DNA from: Chitinophaga pinensis
GTDB taxonomy: Bacteria; Bacteroidota; Bacteroidia; UBA4408
NCBI GenBank assembly: GCA_945861665.1
Contig: CAMAVS010000007.1
Coordinates: 7,277 to 71,276, forward strand
Direction: 5' to 3'
DNA: 64,000 bases
Positions 1 through 8,685 of this stretch are shown piece by piece; positions within the stretch are counted from its first letter, which is position 1; the number at the start of each line of letters is the position of its first letter. The translations under genes and the position numbers were made by a program. Below the pieces are notes generated by a model. It worked only from the letters and a program-made list of their open reading frames with translations. It ran no database searches and was not told the DNA's origin.

Positions 1-81
1 TGCTAAAGCTGCTGTTGATGCTCCTAATACTACTGTTAAAAACAAAAAAGGTGCTAATATCTTTTTAACTGATGCATTCAT
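1..81 (-). CDS. 5' end of a secreted protein (partial, runs off the window); signal peptide only
   Basis: Manual translation from ATG at 81 gives MNASVKKILAPFLFLTVVLGASTAALA: basic N-terminus, hydrophobic core and AxA motif. Starts 27 bp downstream of the 108..1007 gene on the same strand. Confidence 0.7.
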   Translation of the reverse strand, partial: MNASVKKILAPFLFLTVVLGASTAALA

Positions 82-107
82 ATACTTTTCTATTATTGAA
101 TTACAAA

Positions 108-1007
108 TTATTTTATCCATTTGGTTCTAATCTCATCCACTTTAGTAATAATGGCAGCAATTTGCTCTGGAGTGGCTTTTATTTCACCGCCTTTACCAAC
201 TGTTGGAGTTCCTTCTTTAGAATTAGTTTCACCTTCAGATGGAGTGGATGTTTGACTAACTCCTTCGTAAATTGAATTTATAGCTTTTAAATCATTTAAA
301 ACTTCGGTAACTCCATCGTCGGCAGGATAACTTTCAATTAAGGCTATTAAATTGATAAGCGAAAGCTTTTGTTCTGAAATAGATTTAAGAATAACCTCGT
401 TTTTAGGATTTGTTTTCGCAATACGTGTAGAGATGTATAAGCCTTCCATCCAACCTCCGGCAATAACGAGTCCCGAAACATTTGCTCTGTCATTTTCCTT
501 TAGATACGCATCTGTTGCTAAATATGAATCCGAAATAATAACCAACAATGAATCTTTGTTATTGCTGTTTGATTCAATTCTACTAATCATCTCAGGAGTA
601 AAAGCTCCAGTAATACCTAATCCATCAGCCAATTTTTTACAGTTACCCATATAAAACATCGACTCTTGTGTTTGGTCAAATATAGATGTATAACTTAAAT
701 CTGCACCATATATGCCCAAATTAAACGCTTTTTTAGCATTGCTGGAATACTTTGATACGTTTTCAATTGGATTCAAAATTTCCTTATTGTAGTTTGCGCC
801 GCCATCTTTAATGATCTTCGACATCTCGATAGGAGACGGGATAGCATAAAACACTTTTTGTGCTTTTAAATTTGTTACATTAGATGCTGCAGAATCGGCT
901 GCGGTCATTCCACTATCTTCTTTACCATCGCCACCACAAGAGTAAAGCGCTAATGACGATACTGAAATGATAGTACCTAATACAATTTTTGAAAATGAAT
1001 TGTTCAT
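108..1007 (-). CDS. Hypothetical lipoprotein, predicted helical
   Basis: 299-aa ORF; hydrophobic leader ending LALYSC followed by GGDGKEDS; no catalytic motif recognised. Confidence 0.75.
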   Translation of the reverse strand: MNNSFSKIVLGTIISVSSLALYSCGGDGKEDSGMTAADSAASNVTNLKAQKVFYAIPSPIEMSKIIKDGGANYNKEILNPIENVSKYSSNAKKAFNLGIYGADLSYTSIFDQTQESMFYMGNCKKLADGLGITGAFTPEMISRIESNSNNKDSLLVIISDSYLATDAYLKENDRANVSGLVIAGGWMEGLYISTRIAKTNPKNEVILKSISEQKLSLINLIALIESYPADDGVTEVLNDLKAINSIYEGVSQTSTPSEGETNSKEGTPTVGKGGEIKATPEQIAAIITKVDEIRTKWIK

Positions 1008-1034
1008 AGTTATTAATTTAACATTTTACGAAAA

Positions 1035-1042
1035 CAAATATA
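1035..1042 (-). promoter_or_regulatory. Bacteroidota sigma-A -7 element (TATATTTG)
   Basis: Matches the TAnnTTTG consensus 28 bp upstream of the 108..1007 start. Confidence 0.55.
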
Positions 1043-1155
1043 TAAAATATATTCAAACCCTTTACACTTTAAATAAAAAAACTCTTATGGGGAAATTTAT
1101 GCAATAATGTTGAAGATAATAATATTACTTTTAGAGGAAAAATTTCACAGACACT

Positions 1156-3216
1156 ATGTTTATTTACTTCCTTACAAAAAAAAATCTTGCCATGGGGGGA
1201 TTAGCAATTGGACTTAGCGCTTGTAATCCATCAAATAAGCAACCATCTTTGTTGGAAAAAGACCCCTTAGCAGAACATATTGACTCGGGGATTCGGCCGA
1301 AAGATGATTTTTTTCTTTTTGCAAATAATGGCTGGTTTAAGCAACATCCAATACCATCCTCGGAAAAAAGTAACGGTATTTTTCAAACTATACAGGACAG
1401 CATCAATGCGGATGTTCGGAAAATATGTGAACAATCTGCTAATAATACCACTGCAAAAAAAGGAAGCAACGAGCAAAAAATAGGTGGCTTCTTTTTTAGC
1501 GGAATGGATACAGTAGCTATTGAAAAAAAAGGACTTAGCCCACTAAACGAACAACTCAAAAGTATTGACGGTATAAAAAACATAAGCGATGTGATATCGG
1601 TTTCTGCGCAATTGCACTCAATTGGCGCCAACACATTGTTTTCATTTTACATCGGACAAGATCAAATAAACAGTTCGGTATACAGCATATACCTATCGCA
1701 AGCATCCCTTGGATTGCCGGAAAAAGATTATTATTTTAATACAAGTGAACGAACCTCAACGATACGAAGCGAATATGTAAAACACATTGCAAACCTTTTT
1801 AAAGTAATGGGTAAAGATGCCACTTTTTGCAAAGATAAAAGCGAAGCTATTCTGAAATTAGAAACCGATCTTGCAAGCTACAGTCGAAAAATGGAAGACT
1901 TGCGCGACCCCTATAAAAATTACAATAAAATGGGCATTGCCGATGTCGAAAAAAACAACCCCACTTTAAAATGGACTTCTATTTTAAAAAACTACAAATT
2001 GGCAAACGTTGACACTGTAATTGTTGGTCAGCCAGAATACTATAAAGGACTTGAAAGTGTTTTGAAAAAACATGATATAGAGACTTGGAAGGCTTATTTA
2101 ACCTTAAACTTGATAGATGAATTCGCTTCTGATTTAAGCAGTGATTTTGTTAAAGAAAATTTTCATTTCCATTCAACCATTATGCAAGGAGTGAAGGTAG
2201 AAAAGCCTCGCTGGAAAAAAATAGTAGAAAGCACCGATAGCTATTTGGGTGAGTTAATTGGGGAAATATATGTAAAAGATTATTTACCAAGCGGGTCGAA
2301 AGAAAAAATGTTGGAAATAGCAAATAATGTTCGATCTGTTTATGGAGAGCACATAAAAAAACTAGATTGGATGTCGGAGCCTACAAAAGAAAAAGCACTT
2401 ATTAAACTCAATAAAATTGGGATGAAAATTGGTTACCCCGACAAATGGAAAGATTTATCTGCCCTTGAAATATCACGCGACTCTTATGTTTCAAACATTA
2501 TTCGCACTTCCAATTGGCAATTTAACTATATGCTACAAAAATGGGGCAAGCCTGTGGATAGAAGTGAATGGAATATGACTCCTCAAACCTACAATGCCTA
2601 TTATGACCCTACTAATAATGAAATTGTTATACCTGCTTGCAACATTATTGTTCCAGGGTATGAAAACAGAATGCCCGATGATGCATTGCTGTATGCAATA
2701 ATAGGAGGCTCTACGATTGGTCACGAATTAACGCACGGCTTTGACGACCAAGGTTCGCAGTACGATGAAAACGGCAATTTAAAAAATTGGTGGACAGCAG
2801 AAGACAGAAAAAAATTTATGGAAAAAACCACCTTGATTGTTGAACAATTTAATAATTATGTTGTGTTAGATAGCTTACACATTAAGGGCGAAAATACACA
2901 AGGCGAAAATATTGCTGATTTGGGCGGTGCCATAATGGGTTATGAAGCGTTTAAAAAAACACCACTAGGTAAATCATCCGAAAAAATTGGAGGATACACT
3001 CCCGATCAACGTTACTTTTTAGGTTTTGGTTTTTCGTGGATGATACAACAAACAGATGCTGCTTTAGCAAATCAAGTGATGAGTAACGAACATTCACCCG
3101 CATCCTTTCGAGTAATTGGTCCGCTTTCTAACATTCCCGAGTTTTATACTGCATTTAACATAAAAACAGGCGACAAAATGTACCGAAATGACAAAATAAG
3201 GGTTAGAATATGGTAG
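1156..3216 (+). CDS. M13 family (neprilysin/PepO-like) zinc metalloendopeptidase, probable lipoprotein
   Basis: DDFFLFANNGW, NAYYDP, GHELTHGFDDQG (HExxH), GENIADLGG and EHSP motifs; LSAC lipobox. Confidence 0.95.
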   Translation: MFIYFLTKKNLAMGGLAIGLSACNPSNKQPSLLEKDPLAEHIDSGIRPKDDFFLFANNGWFKQHPIPSSEKSNGIFQTIQDSINADVRKICEQSANNTTAKKGSNEQKIGGFFFSGMDTVAIEKKGLSPLNEQLKSIDGIKNISDVISVSAQLHSIGANTLFSFYIGQDQINSSVYSIYLSQASLGLPEKDYYFNTSERTSTIRSEYVKHIANLFKVMGKDATFCKDKSEAILKLETDLASYSRKMEDLRDPYKNYNKMGIADVEKNNPTLKWTSILKNYKLANVDTVIVGQPEYYKGLESVLKKHDIETWKAYLTLNLIDEFASDLSSDFVKENFHFHSTIMQGVKVEKPRWKKIVESTDSYLGELIGEIYVKDYLPSGSKEKMLEIANNVRSVYGEHIKKLDWMSEPTKEKALIKLNKIGMKIGYPDKWKDLSALEISRDSYVSNIIRTSNWQFNYMLQKWGKPVDRSEWNMTPQTYNAYYDPTNNEIVIPACNIIVPGYENRMPDDALLYAIIGGSTIGHELTHGFDDQGSQYDENGNLKNWWTAEDRKKFMEKTTLIVEQFNNYVVLDSLHIKGENTQGENIADLGGAIMGYEAFKKTPLGKSSEKIGGYTPDQRYFLGFGFSWMIQQTDAALANQVMSNEHSPASFRVIGPLSNIPEFYTAFNIKTGDKMYRNDKIRVRIW

Positions 3217-3290
3217 AATTGTTTAAAATATTTCCATTTCCAAAAGCATTTAATTAATTTAGCACTCCCAAAAAATTAAAAACATAACGT

Positions 3291-4571
3291 ATGTCTTATT
3301 TATTTACATCAGAATCAGTATCAGAAGGGCACCCAGACAAAGTAGCAGATCAGATATCTGACGCCATCATTGATGCATTTTTAACCTACGATAGCAATGC
3401 CAAAGTTGCCTGTGAAACATTTGTTACTACAGGAATGGTTGTAGTGGGTGGGGAAATAAAATGCAACGATACGGCTAAAGCAAAGGTTGATGTACAGCAA
3501 ATTACACGTGGCGTAATTAATCGTATCGGATACAACAAATCGGAATATCAATTTGATGCCGTTTCTTGTGGAATATTAAATGCTTTACACGAGCAATCTT
3601 CGGACATTAACCAAGGTGTTGAGCGTGCTAAAGAAGAAGAACAAGGTGCCGGTGACCAAGGAATGATGTTTGGATATGCTTGTCGCGAAACCGATAATTT
3701 TATGCCACTTCCATTAGAATTATCACATTTGTTATTAAAAGAGCTTGCTGCTATTCGTAGAGAAGGTAAAAAAATGAAATACTTACGTCCCGATGCAAAA
3801 TCACAAGTAACAATCCAGTATTCAGACAAAGGAAAACCTGAAAAAATAGAAACTATTGTACTTTCCACACAACATGATGATTTTGATAAAGACGATGCAA
3901 TGCTTGCAAAAATTCGTGAAGATGTTGTGAATATATTAATTCCTCGCGTTAAAAAATTATTGCCTGCACGTATTAAAAAATTATTTAGCAACGATATAAA
4001 ATTCCACGTTAACCCAACAGGCAAATTTGTTATCGGTGGACCACACGGTGATACTGGCTTAACAGGCAGGAAAATTATTGTTGACACTTATGGTGGACGT
4101 GGTGCTCACGGTGGTGGTGCATTCTCAGGAAAAGACTCTTCAAAAGTTGACCGTTCAGCAGCGTATGCCACACGCCACATTGCAAAAAATTTAGTGGCCG
4201 CGGGTGTTGCCGATGAGGTATTGGTACAAGTTGCCTACGCAATTGGTGTGGCACAACCTGTAGGTTTATACGTTTATACTTACGGAACAGCGAAAGCACG
4301 TAATACAGAAGGTAAAAAACTAAGCGATGGCGAAATTGCTTCGCGCATTGAAAAATTAATTGATATGCGTCCGAGCGCTATTATAAACCGTTTTGGTTTA
4401 AAGAATCCAATTTATAGTGAAACTGCTGCTTACGGACATATGGGAAGAACCCCAGGGACAGTGGAGGTAAACGGAAAAAAACACGAAACCTTTGGTTGGG
4501 AAAAATTGGATTTAGTAAATAGCTTTACAAAGGCCTTTGCCATAAAAACGAAAGAAACTGCCGAAGCATAA
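3291..4571 (+). CDS. metK: S-adenosylmethionine synthetase
   Basis: [33 protein letters not shown] and GGGAFSGKD signatures. Confidence 0.99.
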   Translation: MSYLFTSESVSEGHPDKVADQISDAIIDAFLTYDSNAKVACETFVTTGMVVVGGEIKCNDTAKAKVDVQQITRGVINRIGYNKSEYQFDAVSCGILNALHEQSSDINQGVERAKEEEQGAGDQGMMFGYACRETDNFMPLPLELSHLLLKELAAIRREGKKMKYLRPDAKSQVTIQYSDKGKPEKIETIVLSTQHDDFDKDDAMLAKIREDVVNILIPRVKKLLPARIKKLFSNDIKFHVNPTGKFVIGGPHGDTGLTGRKIIVDTYGGRGAHGGGAFSGKDSSKVDRSAAYATRHIAKNLVAAGVADEVLVQVAYAIGVAQPVGLYVYTYGTAKARNTEGKKLSDGEIASRIEKLIDMRPSAIINRFGLKNPIYSETAAYGHMGRTPGTVEVNGKKHETFGWEKLDLVNSFTKAFAIKTKETAEA

Positions 4572-4590
4572 ATTTTATTTTCTATTATAC

Positions 4591-4622
4591 AAAAGAGGGC
4601 TGAATAATTTAGCCCTCTTTTT
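4591..4622. terminator. Bidirectional intrinsic terminator
   Basis: aaaagagggct-gaataattt-agccctcttttt hairpin between convergent metK and cupin genes. Confidence 0.85.
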
Positions 4623-4644
4623 ATTTGACCTTCGTATAAAAAAA

Positions 4645-5043
4645 TTAATTCTCTTTGAGCACTCTATCCTTACCATCAAATAGTGGTGTTTGAACAGATA
4701 ACACTTTAATGGGAATAGAACTTTTCGATTTCACAGAGTGAAAAGTATTTTTAGGAATAAAAATAACATCGCCCTTTTTAATGTTGAATATTTTATCGCC
4801 TAAGGTCATTTCGCCTACACCTTGCAATATGGTTACTTGCTCAGTATGAGATTTGTGCTTGTGCTCTTTTACTTCCATAGGAATTATAATTACAAAACTG
4901 CTCATAAGCGAGTCGCTGTATAATTGCCGCACATAATTCTCCTTCAAGGGACCGGCACATTTAATTGTATCTAGCGATTGTATATTTTGCGCAAGGCAAA
5001 AAAAGGGCGAAGCGAATAATAAAACAATAAATACTTTTTTCAT
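4645..5043 (-). CDS. Secreted cupin domain protein
   Basis: Signal peptide; HKHxxHTE and GDVIFIPKNTFHS cupin metal-binding motifs; TAnnTTTG motif at 5064-5071. Confidence 0.85.
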   Translation of the reverse strand: MKKVFIVLLFASPFFCLAQNIQSLDTIKCAGPLKENYVRQLYSDSLMSSFVIIIPMEVKEHKHKSHTEQVTILQGVGEMTLGDKIFNIKKGDVIFIPKNTFHSVKSKSSIPIKVLSVQTPLFDGKDRVLKEN

Positions 5044-5115
5044 TTTAACGATTGTTTATTTTACAAAAGTAGGGTTAAATCAAGATCTTTTTGAAACAAT
5101 TCTTGTCCCTACAAA

Positions 5116-5736
5116 TTACTCAAATGAGATTTTTTTTATCTCTTTTTCGGGCAAAACAACGATTGCATATCCATCGTTTTCACAGTGAATGCTAGATGTA
5201 TAAACGCCTTTAGTATTATAGGCATTACAGTTAACTTCAAATGAATTCCTTTTAGGTAAATATTCAAATATGGAAACAATTACTTTTCCCGTGTGCTTCT
5301 TATTGAGTCCTTGCCAAGTATAATCTTGAATTCTTACATAAAATCCATCTTTGAAAATATACTTAAACATTCTACGATGTTTTGTATCGTAAAAATCCAC
5401 CATCCCATTCAACAATTTTGATTCTCCAGATGGAATTGCATTTTTATAAGTAACTGTGAAGTTTTTTTCAGGAAAAGGAAATTGCCAAAACCCTTTACAG
5501 TCTGCAAAAACATAGCACTCATAAACCGAAGGCGCATCCTTGGCAATCACTTTAAAATTCGAATCGACTCTCAACTTCAGCCAACCCGCTTTTTTCTTCA
5601 AATCTTCTTTGTTAATTAATTCCCCTTCCGTAAGCAAAGGCGTCTCTTGTGCAAATAATTTGACAGAAAACAGAATTATTAAAATAATTTGTGAAATTGC
5701 TTTCATAATATTATTTTTTAAAATTGTACTTAACAA
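5116..5736 (-). CDS. Hypothetical secreted protein (likely start MKAISQ at 5706)
   Basis: 206-aa ORF with signal peptide ending LFAQ; no family recognised. Confidence 0.6.
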   Translation of the reverse strand: MLSTILKNNIMKAISQIILIILFSVKLFAQETPLLTEGELINKEDLKKKAGWLKLRVDSNFKVIAKDAPSVYECYVFADCKGFWQFPFPEKNFTVTYKNAIPSGESKLLNGMVDFYDTKHRRMFKYIFKDGFYVRIQDYTWQGLNKKHTGKVIVSIFEYLPKRNSFEVNCNAYNTKGVYTSSIHCENDGYAIVVLPEKEIKKISFE

Positions 5737-5907
5737 AATTATGAAATTAATCCAACTTCATTCCGATAATTATCATGATGTCGAAAATCAGATGTAAGTT
5801 AAAACAAAATTCCATAAATTAAAAATTAGTTTTTAACTATATCACGTTAAATAAAAATACATTCTCTTTTACAGTTAGCTCATACAACTACTATTTTTGT
5901 TAAAATA

Positions 5908-6798
5908 ATGAGCAAAATACTTCTCCTTTTCTTTTTAATTTCCTACCTGGTTTCGCATTCCCAAATGTTAAGTGGAATAATTCCTGGACGAGATGCAACG
6001 TTTTCGAATTCCTTCATTAGCAAATCGAAAATAAAAACCATTAAAATAGACAAGGCTGTAAAAAAAGACAATGGTAGAATAGAAAATACAGGAAACATTA
6101 CCATTTTTTATTTTAACGCTATGGGTATGGTGGCTAAAAAAATAATTATTTCCGTTAATGCCGAGGCCATTCTTGATACTATTTTTGAGTTTAATTATTA
6201 CAATAAACAACAACAATTAATAAACAAAAGGACCTTCAGTGCAAATTTAATTCGAACAATTTACTATACATACGACACCTTAGGATATCCAATTAAAATC
6301 GTTAACTGTAAGGAAACAAATATGCAAAGCGGTATGGAGTTTTTTCAATTAGGAAAACAAGAAGTGCTGTCAGTTGATAATTTTTATTTTGAAAAATTAA
6401 ATGCAAATCAAATAAAAAAAATGTTTTTAAACGATGAAGGGAGAATTTACAAAGAAGGTATTATGTATTACGATTCGAGCCAAAATTTAATTGAAGAAAA
6501 CTATAGATACGTTGCAACGAACGTTCGAATAAATTACAAATACACTTTTAATAAAAAAAACCAACTGATAGAATATGCCTATTATAGCGATGCGGCAGGT
6601 GAATACACAGAAAAAACAGTATATACCTACGAAGAAAGCGGGAATTTGTTAAAGCTTAATTATTCGGGCACACACAAACCAGCGGGAGAAATTTTCTATT
6701 TTCACAATAAGGTAAGCAAACAGTTGGAGGCATCACTTACAAAAAACCCAACAACAGGTGCTTTATTGATTGAAAAATACAGCATTGAAACTTATTAA
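5908..6798 (+). CDS. Hypothetical secreted protein with YD/YxY-like beta-hairpin repeats
   Basis: Signal peptide; recurring YYN/YTYD/YYD/YTFN/YTYE motifs; TAnnTTTG motif at 5892-5899. Confidence 0.65.
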   Translation: MSKILLLFFLISYLVSHSQMLSGIIPGRDATFSNSFISKSKIKTIKIDKAVKKDNGRIENTGNITIFYFNAMGMVAKKIIISVNAEAILDTIFEFNYYNKQQQLINKRTFSANLIRTIYYTYDTLGYPIKIVNCKETNMQSGMEFFQLGKQEVLSVDNFYFEKLNANQIKKMFLNDEGRIYKEGIMYYDSSQNLIEENYRYVATNVRINYKYTFNKKNQLIEYAYYSDAAGEYTEKTVYTYEESGNLLKLNYSGTHKPAGEIFYFHNKVSKQLEASLTKNPTTGALLIEKYSIETY

Positions 6799-6875
6799 TT
6801 GGCATAATACTTAAATTGTGTTAAATAAAGATTATTTGTCGATTTAGAGCGTTATTTTTGTGAAAACACATTGAA

Positions 6876-7586
6876 ATGAAAGACGAAAAAATAAAAATTT
6901 TATTGGTAGAGGACGATGCTAATTTAGGAATCCTACTGAAGGAGTATCTTGAGAGCAAGAATTTTATTGTTGAGTTAGCTGTTGATGGAAAAGAAGGATT
7001 AGATAAATTCAACAAAGGCAAATTTGAATTATGCATATTGGATGTAATGATGCCCTTTATGGATGGATTTACTTTAGCAAAAGAGATAAAAGTTAAAAAT
7101 TCAAACATTCCGATTGTTTTTTTAACAGCAAAATCGTTGAAAGAAGATGCAATAGAAGGATTTAAAATAGGTGCTGACGACTATGTAACAAAGCCTTTTA
7201 ATTCGGAAGAGTTGCTATTAAGAATAAAAGCCATTTTAAGACGAAGCAACGAGAACCACTCTATCATCGACTCGCCACAAAATAATTTTACATTGGGCAA
7301 CTACACCTTCGACTTCCAACATCAATTATTGGAAATAAACAGCAAACCTCAAAAATTAACTACTCGCGAGGCGCAATTGCTAAAATTATTGTGCATTAAC
7401 TCCAATGAAGTACTCGATCGTAATTTTGCACTAAAAACAATTTGGAACGATGACAATTATTTTAACGGACGCAGTATGGATGTATACATTACTAAATTGC
7501 GTAAATTTTTGAAAGAAGACCCTCGTATTGAAATTGTAAATGTTCACGGGAAAGGATTCAAGCTGCTTTCACCTAACAAATACTAA
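6876..7586 (+). CDS. OmpR/PhoB family response regulator (RprY-like)
   Basis: ILLVEDD, LDVMMP phosphoacceptor, FLTAKS, GADDYVTKPF; winged-helix RSMDVYITKLRK...NVHGKGF. Confidence 0.95.
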   Translation: MKDEKIKILLVEDDANLGILLKEYLESKNFIVELAVDGKEGLDKFNKGKFELCILDVMMPFMDGFTLAKEIKVKNSNIPIVFLTAKSLKEDAIEGFKIGADDYVTKPFNSEELLLRIKAILRRSNENHSIIDSPQNNFTLGNYTFDFQHQLLEINSKPQKLTTREAQLLKLLCINSNEVLDRNFALKTIWNDDNYFNGRSMDVYITKLRKFLKEDPRIEIVNVHGKGFKLLSPNKY

Positions 7587-7597
7587 TAATTCAACTA

Positions 7598-8353
7598 GTG
7601 TATTCTTTACTAAAAAGGGCCATCAAGCTAATTGTTCCAAAAGAACTTCTTCGACAAACAGAGCCTTTTTTAAGAAAAATTTATTCTGTTTTTTATTTCG
7701 GAAACCAAGTTGAGTGTGCTATTTGCGGCAATCATTATTCGAAATTTGTGGTTTTAAAAAATGGTGTTGATACCCTTTGTATTAACTGCGGCAGCTTACC
7801 TCGTAACCGTTTACTGTGGTTGTACATGAACAACGAGTTAAACATCACACACACACACTATTCACTACTCCATTTTTCTCCTGCAAAAAGTATTAAAAGA
7901 AAAATAAATGAACTTAAAAACATAGAGTACACCACAACAGATTATGAAAAAGGCGAAGACAAACAATACGACATTACTGCCATAAATGATGCTGATAATC
8001 GCTATGATTTAATAATTTGCTATCACGTATTCGAACACATTTTGGAAGATTCAAAAGCAATGAAAGAATTGTGTAGAGTATTGAAATCGGGAGGCAAAGC
8101 ATTGCTACAAGTGCCATTAAAAGAGGGTGATACGTATGAAGACATCTCGGTTACTTCACCAACAGAGCGACTTAAACATTTCGGACAAGATGATCACGTA
8201 CGTATCTACGGCAAAAATAATTTCGAGGAACGTTTAAGCAATGCCGGTTTTTCGGTGAAAGCATTTTCTTATGCAACGACTTTTAGTGATGAAATAATTG
8301 ACAGAAATGGATTGAACAAACAAGAATTAATTTTTATCTGTTCAAAAAAATAA
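7598..8353 (+). CDS. Class I SAM-dependent methyltransferase with N-terminal CxxC...CxxC motif
   Basis: CAIC/CINC, LLHFSP, YDLIICYHVFEHI, RVLKSGG and FGQDDHVRIYG. Confidence 0.85.
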   Translation: MYSLLKRAIKLIVPKELLRQTEPFLRKIYSVFYFGNQVECAICGNHYSKFVVLKNGVDTLCINCGSLPRNRLLWLYMNNELNITHTHYSLLHFSPAKSIKRKINELKNIEYTTTDYEKGEDKQYDITAINDADNRYDLIICYHVFEHILEDSKAMKELCRVLKSGGKALLQVPLKEGDTYEDISVTSPTERLKHFGQDDHVRIYGKNNFEERLSNAGFSVKAFSYATTFSDEIIDRNGLNKQELIFICSKK

Positions 8354-8633
8354 TCACACTCTTATTATAAATCACAAGCACATCGTCTAAATGTTTCAGG
8401 TTACCTTCCCAACTTACAAATACGTAGTACAAATATTTCTTTCTGTTCTTCCATTGTATTGTCTTGACATATAATTTATGATAATAAGCAGTTATATATG
8501 AAAAATGTTAGAACGTAGTTTTCATATCAAAAGCCTTCAAAACTTCCAAAAATGCTAATTTTGGCTCAATAAGCTGCACTATACGCCAATAATTGAGCAA
8601 TTTTTGCTTTTTTTATTATCAGCAAAAATACGT

Positions 8634-8641
8634 TACTTTTG
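8634..8641 (+). promoter_or_regulatory. Bacteroidota -7 element (TACTTTTG) for secA
   Basis: Exact TAnnTTTG about 45 bp upstream of the secA ATG. Confidence 0.6.
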
Positions 8642-8685
8642 TATGCTTTTTTAGAAAGTAATTAAAACTAAGAACCACATACAGA

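Noticed and set aside
1176-1199. A9 and G6 homopolymers in the M13 peptidase leader as phase-variation tracts
   Set aside because: Poly-A runs of this length are frequent throughout this AT-rich window, G6 is short, and the frame is intact
3548-4087. Long antisense ORFs (3548..4087 and similar ones opposite other core genes)
   Set aside because: Shadows of codon bias on the opposite strand of well-supported genes
8354-8685. Long intergenic region before secA (possible SecM-like leader or sRNA)
   Set aside because: No convincing plus-strand ORF or structure; a promoter motif lies immediately before secA
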